DNA of 62,891 bases, the filler included, from Cercozoa sp. M6MM (Eukaryota > Protista > Endomyxa: Ascetosporea): the NCBI GenBank assembly GCA_040357565.1. It is 10 parts of 10 records of this genome, joined end to end, with 100 filler letters (N's around TTAATTAATTAA, not from the genome) between each part and the next. Parts side by side here need not be neighbours in the genome. Positions count along the whole stretch, not along the records: positions 17,075 to 35,170 come from JBDODJ010000241.1; positions 35,271 to 38,647 come from JBDODJ010001485.1; positions 38,748 to 42,246 come from JBDODJ010001427.1; positions 42,347 to 51,957 come from JBDODJ010000472.1; 6 more parts are not named here. One strand, 5' to 3'. Position 1 is the stretch's first letter. Every line of letters starts with the position of its first letter. Shown one piece after another: positions 26,201-42,387 of this stretch. Under the pieces are notes generated by a model, which was not told where the DNA came from, did not search any database, and saw nothing but the letters and a program-made list of their open reading frames with translations. A program made the translations under genes and the position numbers.

Positions 26201-28143
26201 CCAGGATGGTGACACTGCCGATCCCACCGTGTGTCTCAACGATCTCGGTGTCCCCACCGTCCTTGGGGTGGCCGAAGCAACGGCTACGACTCCGACAACG
26301 ACAGGGACTACGAGTGAAACCACTGCGGTACCCTTCAACTCAGAGTTACTTTGTACCACAAGTGTTTCACGTGTGTTCAGACATCTGCAACCGCGGGTAC
26401 TTCAACAACGACGACCAGTATGGCTACAGAGACCAGCACTCCGGTCACAACAACAACAACGGGAACAACTGAAACGACGGTGACCAGCGACACTTCCACT
26501 ACTGGAACAACCGGAACAACAACGACTGGAGCAACAACAACTGGAACAGCAACAACTGGAACAACAACGATTGGAACGACAACCACTGGAACAACAACGA
26601 TTGGAACGACAACAACTGGAACAACAACAACTGGAACGACAACAACTGGAACGACAACAACTGGAACAACAGCGACTGGAACAACAACAACGGGAACCAC
26701 AACTGGAGCAACAACTGGAACCACAACGACTGGAGCAATAACAAGTGGAACAACAACGACTGGAACGACAACAAGTGGAACGACAACAACTGGAACAACA
26801 GGAACAGCAACAACGGGAACGACTCCGATCACGCCAGCACCGTCTCCTGTGCTAACCACACGGCCGCCACTGCCTCCAGTTGTCGTGATCGACGACACTG
26901 CTTGTGGTACCAGTACTTGTAACCAGTCGAACTTACCCATCTTTGTGTGCAGTCGACCAGAGCGACTTTGCGAACTGTCTGCGAAACGGCAGGACAGGCG
27001 TGTGTCTCGGCAAGTCGCAGTGTTTTGGTAGTTCTTATTTGAGAGGTTCTTGCGATAAAAAGACTGTCGTCAATGATCGAACTGATGACATCAAGTAGTG
27101 GAATCAAGGGACTCACTGGTGCTGCTTGGAGTGGACGCAAGTTCAGTCACTCCTCGCGTTTCCGACGGTGACTCAGACAGCTGCATCAATATCGATGCCG
27201 ATGTCTACGCGTCCTTGTCCAACCTGTACCGCAACTGTCCTTCTCTTTGTTCTTTGCTTTAAAGGGTAGCTCTCCTCTCAGGCAACAGTCAGCCGTGTCG
27301 AGTCTGATGTCTGGCACCTCGGGTGAGGTGTCAACAGCACTGGCGCGTATCAACGACATGTCGCAAGTGCGCCTGCTGCCGATCATGCGCACGCAAAGCG
27401 ACTCACTGTGCTCAACACTGCTTCTTCAGACCTCTCGTAAAACTAGCCAAACTGCATGTTGACACACTCTATTAATACACTCCAGTCACTCTCTTTGAGA
27501 CAGAGATGCTGTGGCTCGCTGCGACTGTTCGCAACGGAAACGGTGCGGTACAGTTTGCTTTCAGTTCAGTTCCTGAAGTTTAGGTGAGTTGAACAGGCGT
27601 TGTATAGGGCTTAATCAACGCAGTCGGTTCACAAAGCAACTCCACATTTCTTACAGGCCAATCACGGTCGGTATCTGTGGCGGTAACATCAATTCAACTT
27701 GCGAGAACTGACTCTTCAAGTTCCTGTTCTCAAGTGTAAATTTACTGTTGACTTCACACTGTGTCCATGCAGCAACTGGCGGCGCTAAAGCAGCGCATGT
27801 CGCTTGACAGTGTGCCCACCAAACGGCCGCGATCGAATGTGACGGCTACGCTGCCACCTCGAACAGCCATGACTGGAAGTGACACCGAGCACATCGTGGT
27901 ACACCTTGCTCCTTCTCTTTTGAATTAACTTGATGCTACTGGTACCGTTAGATCGGCCTTGCCGTCACACTGGGTGTGCTGACACTGTGCATGCTCTGCA
28001 TGTGCGTACTTGCCATCGTAAGGATTTTCGGGCCGCCCGAGGACGACAGTCTCAGCGGCAGAAGCTCCTTTTCGCGCACACGCAGTAGCACGCGGCACAG
28101 CTACACGCGCGTGTCGACCGAGTCGAGCGATTCATTAGTCTAA
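23275..28143 (+). CDS. Type I membrane mucin-like protein: signal peptide, four ~140-aa 8-Cys domains separated by Thr-rich stalks, small Cys module, TM and Ser/Arg-rich tail
   Basis: Start MSKRTRHKALFLS|VVFCLGNVNA; repeated CADGTAPW..SSV.C and ADPTVC.N..G.PTV; (TTG)n stalks; TM IGLAVTLGVLTLCMLCMCVLAIV; stop at 28141-28143. Confidence 0.8.
24030..24330 (+). repeat. Coding 15-bp repeat (acaactggaacagtg; TTGT[VM]) in a Thr-rich stalk; similar arrays at 25560-25810 and 26500-26820
   Basis: Directly visible tandem units. Confidence 0.9.
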
Positions 28144-28583
28144 CTTTCTCAGTTTCTAAAAGCAGTACTCATGGCAAACTATTCGGCTTCCTGTCGATTA
28201 CTGTGCTTTCAGTTTAAACCGACTGCCCTGCTGGCGGTGACAATCCAGGTTCTTTATTGAATGAATCGTTCGAGCAGCTACTGACCGTTGTTAAAGAAAA
28301 CGAACTGAAGAAACGTATGGAAGTTCTCGAACGATCCAAGAGCACCGCGGTGCTCCTGTGTGACGGCTCTTCAGTGCCCGATCGGTGAGTGACCATTGTG
28401 TGATCGATCAGTGACCGTTGAATGATCGATCAGAAATCTGACCGAGAGCCAGATTCTCTCGCCAACGCATTAGTGGAGCTTTTTTAGACCAACCATACTC
28501 TGTCGGTTCGTGACTTAACACAAGATCAGGACTCTGCTCCGGTATCCCATCGCTCGACGCGTGTTCAGATTCAGAGAGAGAAG

Positions 28584-31500
28584 ATGCGCATTTCAGCCGT
28601 TGGCGCGTTGGTACACACGACTTGAACAGCACTCTCATACCCCGGATATGTACTTGCTCTGTTTTCAGACCTGCGTGGTCGCAGTGATCGCCTACACTAG
28701 CAACACTGTGGTGCATCCGTATGTGCGGCAGTGGAGCTCGTGCAAAGGTACTTTGCCTCACCCCCCCCCCCCCCCCGTGTATTTATATAATACCCTGCCA
28801 ATCCAGTCGATAGGGTGTACAAGCCCAGCGACGTGTCCGATGTTATTGCCGTCATCCAGGAGGCCAACACTATGGTACAGTACTCACGACTACAGTACAC
28901 TGTGCGTAAGGATAGAAGTAAACTTGGGGGACAGGAAAAGGCACCCTTGGTGTCGACTGTGGGTCGTGGTATATCCTCTCTAAAGGGGGATGAAGGCGCA
29001 GTACAGTATTACTCTCTGAGCAGGCATGGCACCGACCTTCTCGTGGTGTCCGTCGGAACAACCCGACGCTTTGGACCGGTGCGATAAGATCCACTATGTT
29101 GCCTGTAATTACAGGACGCTGTACTTTGTCCAATAATACCAGTCAACTGATGGGTCGTTTGGATACGCGCGAAAAGTGGCTGCTGCAACTACCCAACGAT
29201 GCACCTGCTGGTACAGACTCACAACTTGCAGGTACAAATTAAAGTATGTTGGTGATGCCGAACTGACAGGCGACCTGAGTCGAATCGAAATCGACACGAA
29301 GAAGAAAGAGGTCACAGCCGGCTGTGGCACCACGGTTTCGCAGGTATCTTTGTCACTTTACCGCTCCCGCTCCCTCCTCTCCTTGTATACACCCCCTCCC
29401 ATGCAGGTGATTGCGGCCCTCGCCGAGCAGGGATACTCGCTGCCATTTGGGCCCATGTTCAGCGCAATGTCCACATGCGGAGCCATAGCAACGGGTGCAC
29501 ACGGAAGTGTAACCCTATTTCCCACCCATTGTACATCGACCTGACACGAGAGTTATTGGTAGGTACTCAAGGAGGCAGCAACACTCGCTGACTTGTTGAC
29601 GTCCTTCGATGTCGTCGATGGCACCGGAAGTGTACCTACCGCACCAACACTTTTTTCTGTGAGTCGTCGTTTATTTTGTGCGAGGATAGTTGCACACCTA
29701 CAAGAAGAAACAGGCGCGCAAGTACGGTGTCAACTTTGGCGCACTCGGCGTCATGACGGCCGTTACACTGCGCGTTGAGCCGCGACAGGCGGCTACGGCA
29801 CACACGTACTGACGCATCCTTTTTTCAACATAAATTTACATCGTGTCGTTTCTTACCAGTTAAACATAGGTACACACTAAGCTACACGAACGACACAATG
29901 ACGACAGTGCTAAACGACATGCTGCAACAGGTACTTTCACACATTGGATAGGTATGAATTGACTCTGACTGGAGCATGCAGATCAAGCGCGACTGTAGCA
30001 ACGGGCAGTTCAACTGGTTCCCAGGACAGCACAAGTTTGTCCTCTTCTGTATCAATAAAATCGGTGAGGCCAATGCTGCAGGTACTGTCGTGCTCTTTCT
30101 GGGGATGTGAAGTCAAGTGCGTTCAGTTAAAAGAGGTGATGTAGCGGCCTCTCTGGGCAAGACATTGGATGATCTGACGGGGACAAACTACTTTTTCGCT
30201 CCGCAGAGTGTCGCCGATCGAAGTGTATATCAAACTAAACTGGGGGAGGGGTACGGGCAGGTTTGTTTGGACACATATGCACAGGCAGAGATGCAGCGGT
30301 TCGACGCGATTGTGGCCGCACAGTTCGACTCCGCTGCCTTTTCGGCACGGACTTGTGGTACCCTAGTCCTTCTCTGGCAGGACCTCAAGGCGCATACCCT
30401 TTCTGTGCAAGCATAGGCCTGACTTCCTACACGGTGAATGCCCTGGCCTCGCCGCACGTGTTTGGCGCGGGCACGTTTCCTGCCCTCGGGTACTTCGACC
30501 GACTCGGCATGTCCTCGCTGTGCGACGACCTCAACGCGTGTGCCTACCAGTACTCGGTGCAGCAGGTGCACCATGCATACGATAGTATCTATATCTCCAT
30601 ATGTAACAGAGAGATAGTGGTATGCAGATGTGATACAGTATACAAGTTGAAAAGCAACCTTAATGATACAGTAATTTGTATGAGTAAATTGAGCTTATTT
30701 ATTGAGGGGCATGCAGGACGGTTCCGTCCAGCCCTCGCGTCGCTACACGAACTTGGACGTGTCGGTGCCTCTGAAGCGTCTAAGCGACATTTTTGTCGCC
30801 TTTGAACAGCAGCGACTCGCTCTCTTTGACGGCGCCTGGTGCAGTGATTTTTATAATCATCAACCACCTGACCCTCATAGTTGTGTCCGAACAGTCTGTC
30901 GTCGTACGGAGTGTCGCTGCACGTGCGTTTAATGAATGCGCCCGGTGTGGCACTCCTCGGTCCGTCCAAAGGCAAGGTAAATTTACAGTACCCTACCAAC
31001 CCAGAGTATACAGACAAAATTTACACACGTGCGTGGGCAGAAAGCAGTGCTTGAGATTGTCACGCACATTCCCTCGCACATGCTGGCGTCGCGCGAGCAA
31101 GCCATGCAAGACACTTTGGTACGACACTCGACTCCCATTGATATTTTTGTACTGCCGTCACATAGCGACACATCGTGCTAAACATGGTCGGTGACAAAGC
31201 GTACTTCCACGGCGGCAAGAACAGCGCTGCCTCCTTCCGTATGGCCGCTCAGGTACAACACATATCACACCTACTGTAGTACTAGTGTTCCACCATGGAT
31301 TTTTATCGTAGTCCGGCAAGTCGCAGTTCTCGCAGTCCAAGAAATTTGAATCGTGAGTTTTCCTTTGGAGCGAGCCACGCTGGGTGGGGCGGGATATGAA
31401 ATTGGATAAAGTAAATGTGCACGTAGGGAACGCAAGAGACGCGACCCCTCTGACCTGTTCAACATCGAATTCGTGCGCAACTTTGTCGCACTTGAACACG

Positions 31501-31761
31501 ACGACACTTTGGACCTGGTAATGTAAATTTACACTCGGTTTATTTAACGAGATTGTTGTCAATGTCATGTTGTTGTTTAGTCCTACGACGGGTGCGGTAT
31601 CACCGGACATTGCGTGTGCAGGTACCAAACACTTTTTGGCATTGAAGCTGGGATAGTACTGTCCAAAACGATTCCGTAAAACTGGCAGTATGCCGAGTCA
31701 CTGCGGTGTCTTTGGCGTCTGTCTCTCCAACGGTGCCTGCGACGCCGCCATCATGGCGTAG
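28584..31761 (+). CDS. Secreted FAD-linked oxidase of the L-gulonolactone/arabinonolactone oxidase (GULLO/ALO) family, about 25 short exons
   Basis: Signal-like MRISAVGAL|TCVVAVIA; YKPSDVSDVIAVI; VTAGCGTTV..VIAALAEQGYSL; GAIATGAHGS; FDVVDGTG; FGALGVMTAVTLRVEP; C-terminal FHGGKN and DPSDLFN. Confidence 0.8.
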
Positions 31762-34700
31762 TCGACGATCGGCACGTCTCGTCTCGTTCGTCTACGGTCC
31801 CAGATACCCGGTGCAAAGTCACATAGCCCCTTCCGTCCCCTGGCGGATCCCATCGCCTACAGTAGAGCACCACTGTGCGAGCACAACTCACAGTGCAAAC
31901 TTGATATGACAATAGTTTTAACGATCGATACAGCGCAGTGTGAATCTACTGATACACCGCGGTATGCATCTACAGTATGATACTACCGCTAGTTTTTGTT
32001 GTTTCTCGGTCCGAAGCGAGCGCGAGGCTCGTCTGTGGTCTATGCCGCTTGCGTTCGATTATTGAAGAGTCATGCTGCCTTTAGTTTACGCATGACCGGG
32101 TACTTGGTAAAATGAAATGCGTTTTGCGTACTAGTCGTTTAAATTCAGTTTTGCAGCTGAGTTGGTCAGTAAGCTCTCAATCCCGGTAGCGGTCACGTGT
32201 CGGTCGCACAGTCGGTCGGACCGAGAGCGGCTTCAAAGTCGATCTCGAGCATCCAAGATGGCATCCAATACTCGAGCACCAGACGTGCGACATCCGGCAC
32301 CAGAAGCGTGCCTCTGCAGTGTCTGTGCGCACAGTAAATAAAGCACAGCACAAAGAGTGTCACGGGAACTGAAACCGCTGCACCCTTGGCCCGGCAGTTC
32401 GCCAGTCACTAGCAGATGGAAGACTTTGGCAGCGACCCCGCGCAAAAAGACTGCTGAGTCGAATCCAGTCTCCTAAAATAAAGTACCGAATGGACAAAAG
32501 GACATAATGTTATAGGGAGTATCGGGAGAAATGACATGAACAAGACCATACCTCGTCCGTGAACCTTACCCAACTCAGACGCACAATCTGCATCAGTCTG
32601 GATGTAAAATCAACGAGAATAAAGAAAAAAGTTACTTCCTCGACGATTCGTCGCACTCGAGCATTGCGGTCGCAGGTTTTCAATAGTTGAAGCAGGAAAT
32701 ACTTCACGCGGCGGTTCAGGAGCCATTCAGTCCACGGAAACGACGCATCAAGCAGGTACTAATGTATCTTGTTTTCTTGGATCAAGTGAAGACGATGTGA
32801 CTGTACAGTCAACTTACCTCAATGCATGTGAGTTTGTTGTTGTACGCGTGCCACCATTGATTCCACAGGTGAACCTCTTCGTCGCTTTCCGGAGGCTGTG
32901 GCCTGTGTTGCAATATCCAATCTCTGTTCAGAATGCCCACTTGAAAGAACAAGTTACATTGACCCGACGTACAGCGGCAGGAAGGAGCACACCATCAGCA
33001 GGATGCGTCCCTCCGCTCGCGCAAGTGCGTCTCCCTGGAGAACAAGTTTGGTGGCTTTGCTTTCCGACCTTGACGGAATCAAATATGAGTACTGGGCTCA
33101 ACAGAGGCGAATAACCTGGCACGACCGAGACGGCGCTGAGTTCTCTGGGGAAACCAAAGTCAGCGAAGCTAGCACAGCCAACTGGACAAATGCTGAAAGT
33201 TCACTGTTCAGGAGTTAGGAAACTTCGCAGCTTGAACAAGGTCTCCATCACGGTAGGAAACAATGCTGAAAACACCCGATATATGAAAACAACTGAGATC
33301 CAAAACAGTCGACCAGTACAGTGTAAATTGAAATATAAGTTTACTTGGTTCGACGGCTGCTGAAAAGTACGGCACCGTCATGAATGCGAGGCTGCGAGTC
33401 AACAGAAACTCGCTTCCCTGTGTTAATGAGTTCACTCCTTTCGTCAGTTGTACCTCAATAACAACCTTACCTCGCAGTTGCACAGACACGAGTCCAACAC
33501 GAATCGACCAAATTCTGCATCTCGTTTCGCGAGTGCGTATCTGCAAATGAACAATAGAAAACGAGCACAGGCTTCCGGTAAAGCTACTGTACGCTGATTT
33601 GCCATTTTTGAAACGAAGCCACTGTGCGATGCGAGTCGGCTCGTGTTCATGCACAAACTGTGACGAGAAAACTCATCAACTGAGTTCAAATATTCGCAAT
33701 CTCGACAGATACCATTGCTGTTTCAAGCGAAGCAAATTCGAAGAACACGTCACCAACTTGATCATACTGTGCACGTTGTTGAACAAGATAAGTAAACTAT
33801 TTTCAGTCTCTCTGCAGTACCATCGCACGCTCGGAGAATTCGACAGGCGGCACCGAATCTATCTCACTGCGAGCACAGCGCGATCAGCTCGAGAAATCAA
33901 CACTGAAGTGACCGAACTAATGCTGTACCAGTACTCCAGCAAGGTCTCAAACAACTGCTTGTCCTACCAACACGGAAGCTTCTCGAAAACTGAAACGAGA
34001 TCGGAGAAAAGAGTTAAAAACTGTGTATTTACGAGGTAACGCGCGATCGAAATAACATTAAACTGCGACGGAGTTCGCAACACAAATTGACGTCGCCATA
34101 TCACTGCAAAAAAAAAACCAACTCCAGCCCAACTGGCGCATGAACGTTATCACACATGGCATGCGTCGCGTCGACTCCAAGACTGCGTCCACCAAGCGCC
34201 TACAAAAAACACAGATTTACTGTCCGCGCGGATGCCAGTTTCAAGTCAAGTGGTATATCAACAAAACTCAAATTTCAGTTGGGTGGCTGTACCTCTGACC
34301 GCCAAGGAGGAGATGGTGCAAAACAAGTTTTTCGTCGTTGTCGACTGCAGCCAGACCATAATATAAGCTTAGCACTCAGAGACACCCTGCATAAAGACCC
34401 ACCCACGATGAGAAGCTGTTTGGGGATGCGCTTCAGCAAGGCCAGCAAAGTCACACCCTAAATCAAACAACACTTGAAAGACATTGCGTTACATTATCCA
34501 CACTTGTAATGTATGACAGGTTCCCGTTACATTATCCACACGTGCATGTCGTGCCGCCAGCCCAAGCTGACAAAAGTTACAACCTGACTGGAAACAAAAC
34601 CTCCAGGGTATGCTGGTACCGGATTGGACTCCATGATGATGGTCTTATCTGTGTTCGGAACCGGCTCGTGGAAGACTGTGCAAAGGAGATCCTGGAGGGG

Positions 34701-35339
34701 TTAAAAGAATAAACTCTGGTATTTTTCGTACCTAGTGCGGTAAGCCAATGCTCCGGTTGAAATTGACAAGCAAGCACACGCAACTCACGCGTGTCACTCG
34801 TTTCCGTTCTGTGCAGACAGCGCACCTCGTCAACGGGAATGCAAAACTGAAAAACACAATATACATGGTTGGGAGCAGAGCCAAAAACTCCTCGCACGGT
34901 GAGTCACGGCCACGGAACCGCCTAACTGTGGCACTAATTCTGTCAGTGATAGAAAGCATTCCAGTCACCCGTGTAGGACCGACAATAGCTAACAACAAAC
35001 AACAAAGGCAAAAAAGATCTGAAAACCGTGCGATCTTGCCGGTTCCGATCTGGTCGTGCTTTCGATCACAAAGCGGCAGCTAGAGTGACAACAAACTACT
35101 TCGGTATTGCCGGGGCTAGTCCGCGTAAAATGTGAGCACGTTCTGGCCGCTTCCGCGCATCAGTCTGTGGNNNNNNNNNNNNNNNNNNNNNNNNNNNNNN
35201 NNNNNNNNNNNNNNTTAATTAATTAANNNNNNNNNNNNNNNNNNNNNNNNNNNNNNNNNNNNNNNNNNNNATACATGTATAAATGAACAAATATAAATAA
35301 ATAAATAAACAAAAAAATATATATATATATATATATATC

Positions 35340-38300
35340 TAAACGAGACGGTACGCGAGCGTGACACCGAGACCACCGCTGATGTACGAGTACAGGTCGG
35401 TCCATTTGGTCAGGAAGCTCGGCGGGTGTCGTTGCAGATAGGCGATCCAGCGCGGGTCGCGCGGACCGCTCAGGTCGGCCTCAGAGAGACCGGTGGAGGT
35501 AAAGAAACCCGCCACGACCTGCGCGGCGTGCTGCACGGCCATCTGGTACCAGCTGCGCTGGATCGGATCGTAGCATCGGTTGCCCTCGTCCGTGTAGGTC
35601 GTCGTGTTGCGGAAGAACGTGGTCGACTCAGCGGCTACACAGAGACGACACACGTACCATACACAAGGCCTGCACTAGACTGGACAGCTTGTGTACGAGT
35701 GCGACGGTAGGCGGACGTGTTGGTGTCGCGGTGCATGACCTCAATGTCCCTGTGCACACAGATAAATTACCACAGAATATTTACGCCCCCCACATCCCTT
35801 TACCCCCCTCCAAGTTTGGCTACCACGCCGCCGTTGGGTCGCTGCGTTTGCCGGCTCCGATCATGCGTCCGTCGCCTCGCGCGTAGTACACGGCGTCAAA
35901 GTTCAATCCGCCTGTACTCACTCAGATGCACAGTGGTTCGAATGGCCAGGTGTATATTTGGACTGGACAGGTGTACCACTGTCGTTGCGGAAGGCGTTTA
36001 GCGTGCCGACAAAGAAGCGATCAAAATAGTTGAATTCCGGTCCCTGTTTCAACACAGACAATCAAGAAATACGGGAGTGGCTACAGCGACTACACGGGCA
36101 ACAGAGGTGGCTACCTCTACACCACTGGGCGGCAACGCAGGCGGACGGGCAGCTTCGTCGAGCAGCAGCATGTCGCCCAACTCGTGTCTACAACGTGTGC
36201 AGTACAGACATACCTTCCATATATACTGTTCATATGGTACAGAACCGGTCCACAGGGACGGGAGGTAGTAGTACCTGGACAGTGTGAGCTCCATGAGCAA
36301 TCTAGCACCCTGCACGTAGCGGTTGGACACGTCGACATGCCGCTCGGCCGCCTGTGTCATGGCGCTGTCGACGAAGTCGTAGGTCGCCAAAGTCTCCGAC
36401 GTCAGGTGCATGAACCACACGAGCTATAGCCCACACACATTCAACGAGCACCAAACAGTCTCAAAACAGCTCGATGTACCAGCAGCAGCACAAATGTGCC
36501 CAGCAGGATGCGCGGACAGTTCACAGGCAGCGAGTGCACCCGATGGTTTGAGTTGTCCAGTCGGAACCTCGCCTAATCAAGGAGGTAGCGTAGTAAAAAA
36601 GTACAGTGGCGACTGGGGCTTAACTTAGGGCACAGTACCTGCAAGCGTCGAGCGAAGAGTTTCGCGTGGTGTCGCTTGGCGCGCGACATGGCGATACGCG
36701 CCTCGTCCAGCAGTTCCTGCATGGCCACGATCGACTCGTCCTCGTCCACCATGGTTTCCACGGCGTCCACGTCCTGTGTAGCCACCCCAAACCACATCAG
36801 TAGTCACTCACACATACACATCGGTCCGCACGGACGCTGTGTTGATACAAAGACATACCAGTGCAGCCATCTCGCGACGGGCGACCGCGTGCTGCCGCAG
36901 CGTGTCAAAGTTCAAAAACTCGTCCTCGGCCAGTTCAAAGTCCTGTCAGCCCGGAGAGGGGTAGGGGTAGGGGTAGGGGTAGGGTAAACGCAAGGCGGCA
37001 AGCGTGGCTACCGCAGCAGTAGTGTCAGTAGGACCCGACAGAACCGTGTCATCACGAGGCAACTCATCCTACGCTCACACAAGACCCATACACACAACGC
37101 AGAGACAGAAAGAAAGCGCGTAGATACATTGATCATTGCGAACGTCGTCTCTGTGCGCACGCGTTCGACCCACTCTTGTCGCGCCTACACATGGGACGGT
37201 TTAGGCAGAACAAGAAGGGTCAGACAGACGGTGCTACACGTGGCAAGTGCTCACTCAGCAGTCGCACGCGCCGATCGCGCAGCTCCTGCTCGGCCGTGCG
37301 CACCATGTCCTCGCAGATCTGGAGCTCGTGGTGTGCTCGCTCCTCGCACTTGACCGCCCAGGCGAACTCGGCCTGTGCAGGTCGTACACAAAGTATATGT
37401 ACAGAAGTACGAGGGGCATGGCAGCGGGGGGGGGGGGGCGCACCTGTCGACGCTCGGCACGCTCGCGCATAACGTGGTACTGCGCTGGCGCGAAGAAGTG
37501 CACGACGCCAAAAAACCACTCCTCGCGCTTGGCCAGCGGCACCTCGTAGATCACAAAGGCCGTGATGGCCAGAACCAGCGCGAACACGAGGTAGAGTCCG
37601 ATGCCGATGCCCGTCATGGCGCGCAGTTCCTCTTCGCTGTACTCCGCGTCCAGCACGGTGATCACCTTGTACAAGATGCCTCCCGACGCTGTCACCGTCG
37701 CTTCCGACACCCAGTAGCCTGGACACACGGCAGCATATAAGCAGGAGGGGTCACTATATAATACATGTGAGGGTACCATCATCGGTACGGTGCGGCTCCG
37801 CATGCTTCGGCTTCTCGTTCTTGAAGTAGTTAAGAGCGTACTGCTCCTGCGCGCTCTCCTCGTCGCCGTCCACAAAGGTGCGTGCCACCGTGAGGTAGTC
37901 CTGTGTGTCGCACAGGCATGTATACATACATACACACACACACGCGAGGGCAGGAAGTTACACTGCTAGTGATGAAGGCGCAGCCCTTGCGCGGAATATC
38001 GGTGCGCTCGAGTGCCGGCTGCATGTACTCGGGAATGAAGTCGGAGGCAATCACGATGTCGAACTCGGGCTGCGTGCCGTTGGGCAGCGGCGCCAGTCGC
38101 ACGCGTCGCGAGTGGTGCGCCGTCAGTCCGCGTCGCGTTTGACTCTTGAGGTACTCGTACCGCGTCGTCCACCGCGCCTGCGCCATCTGCGTCTCGAACC
38201 ACGGCCGCGACGTCTGGTCGAACGGCACGCCCGTCACAGGAGTAGCCACGCTGCTCAGCGTGCCGTCGTCGTCCAGGATGTCGTACGACACCAGCTCCCG

Positions 38301-38595
38301 CGTGTCCGACGTCTGGTACCACAGCTGTCGCTGTCCATCACGCGCCGTCGTGGCAAAGAACACGCCGATGAACTGGTGCTCACTCGCCATGTAGTAACCC
38401 TGCGTCACACAGACAAGTTGATACGGGGGGATAGCATGGGGAAAGGAATGGTAATGGGGTCTAAAACTACCGTGATGGCATAGCTGCCAGTGAGAGTGTA
38501 GTCGTCCTCGTCTGCCACAGTGGCGTTGACGGTGAACTTCCTCAGCAGCAGTTCGTACGTCATCCAGAACTCGCGGGCAGGCGGGGTCGTCATGT

Positions 38596-38598
<3 letters not shown>
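35340..38598 (-). CDS. Polytopic membrane protein with two Cache-like sensor domains, partial at both ends
   Basis: In-phase GT-AG splicing gives Cache1 (YYMAS..QFIG...FDQTSRPWF...WTTRY...IASD), TM, cytoplasmic helical region, TM, then Cache2 (VYYARGDGRMIG...YDPIQRSWY...WTDLY...GVTLAY). Confidence 0.75.
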
Positions 38599-38647
<49 letters not shown>

Positions 38648-38747
38648 NNNNNNNNNNNNNNNNNNNNNNNNNNNNNNNNNNNNNNNNNNNNTTAATTAAT
38701 TAANNNNNNNNNNNNNNNNNNNNNNNNNNNNNNNNNNNNNNNNNNNN

Positions 38748-38795
<48 letters not shown>

Positions 38796-38809
38796 GAAAC
38801 AAAAGATAC

Positions 38810-42147
<3,338 letters not shown>

Positions 42148-42199
42148 TGGCTACATGTGGTCGGGGGGGGGCAGGGTATACAGATCAGAATACAGATCA

Positions 42200-42246
<47 letters not shown>

Positions 42247-42387
42247 NNNNNNNNNNNNNNNNNNNNNNNNNNNNNNNNNNNNNNNNNNNNTTAATTAATT
42301 AANNNNNNNNNNNNNNNNNNNNNNNNNNNNNNNNNNNNNNNNNNNNCCCTTACCTTCCTCTACCCCACCCTCTGTTTACTTCTGCAG

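Noticed and set aside
24030-26820. Regular repeats as a CRISPR array
   Set aside because: Contiguous coding repeats with no unique spacers, no cas genes, and a eukaryotic context.
27090-27100. In-frame TAG or TAA suggesting stop-codon reassignment (also near 29133)
   Set aside because: Explained by introns; well-conserved genes here end in TAA, TAG and TGA normally and show no internal stops.
32250-35100. Possible convergent gene pair (plus about 32258-33218, minus about 33210-35000)
   Set aside because: Exon-like pieces exist, but I could not build a consistent spliced frame or recognise a family.
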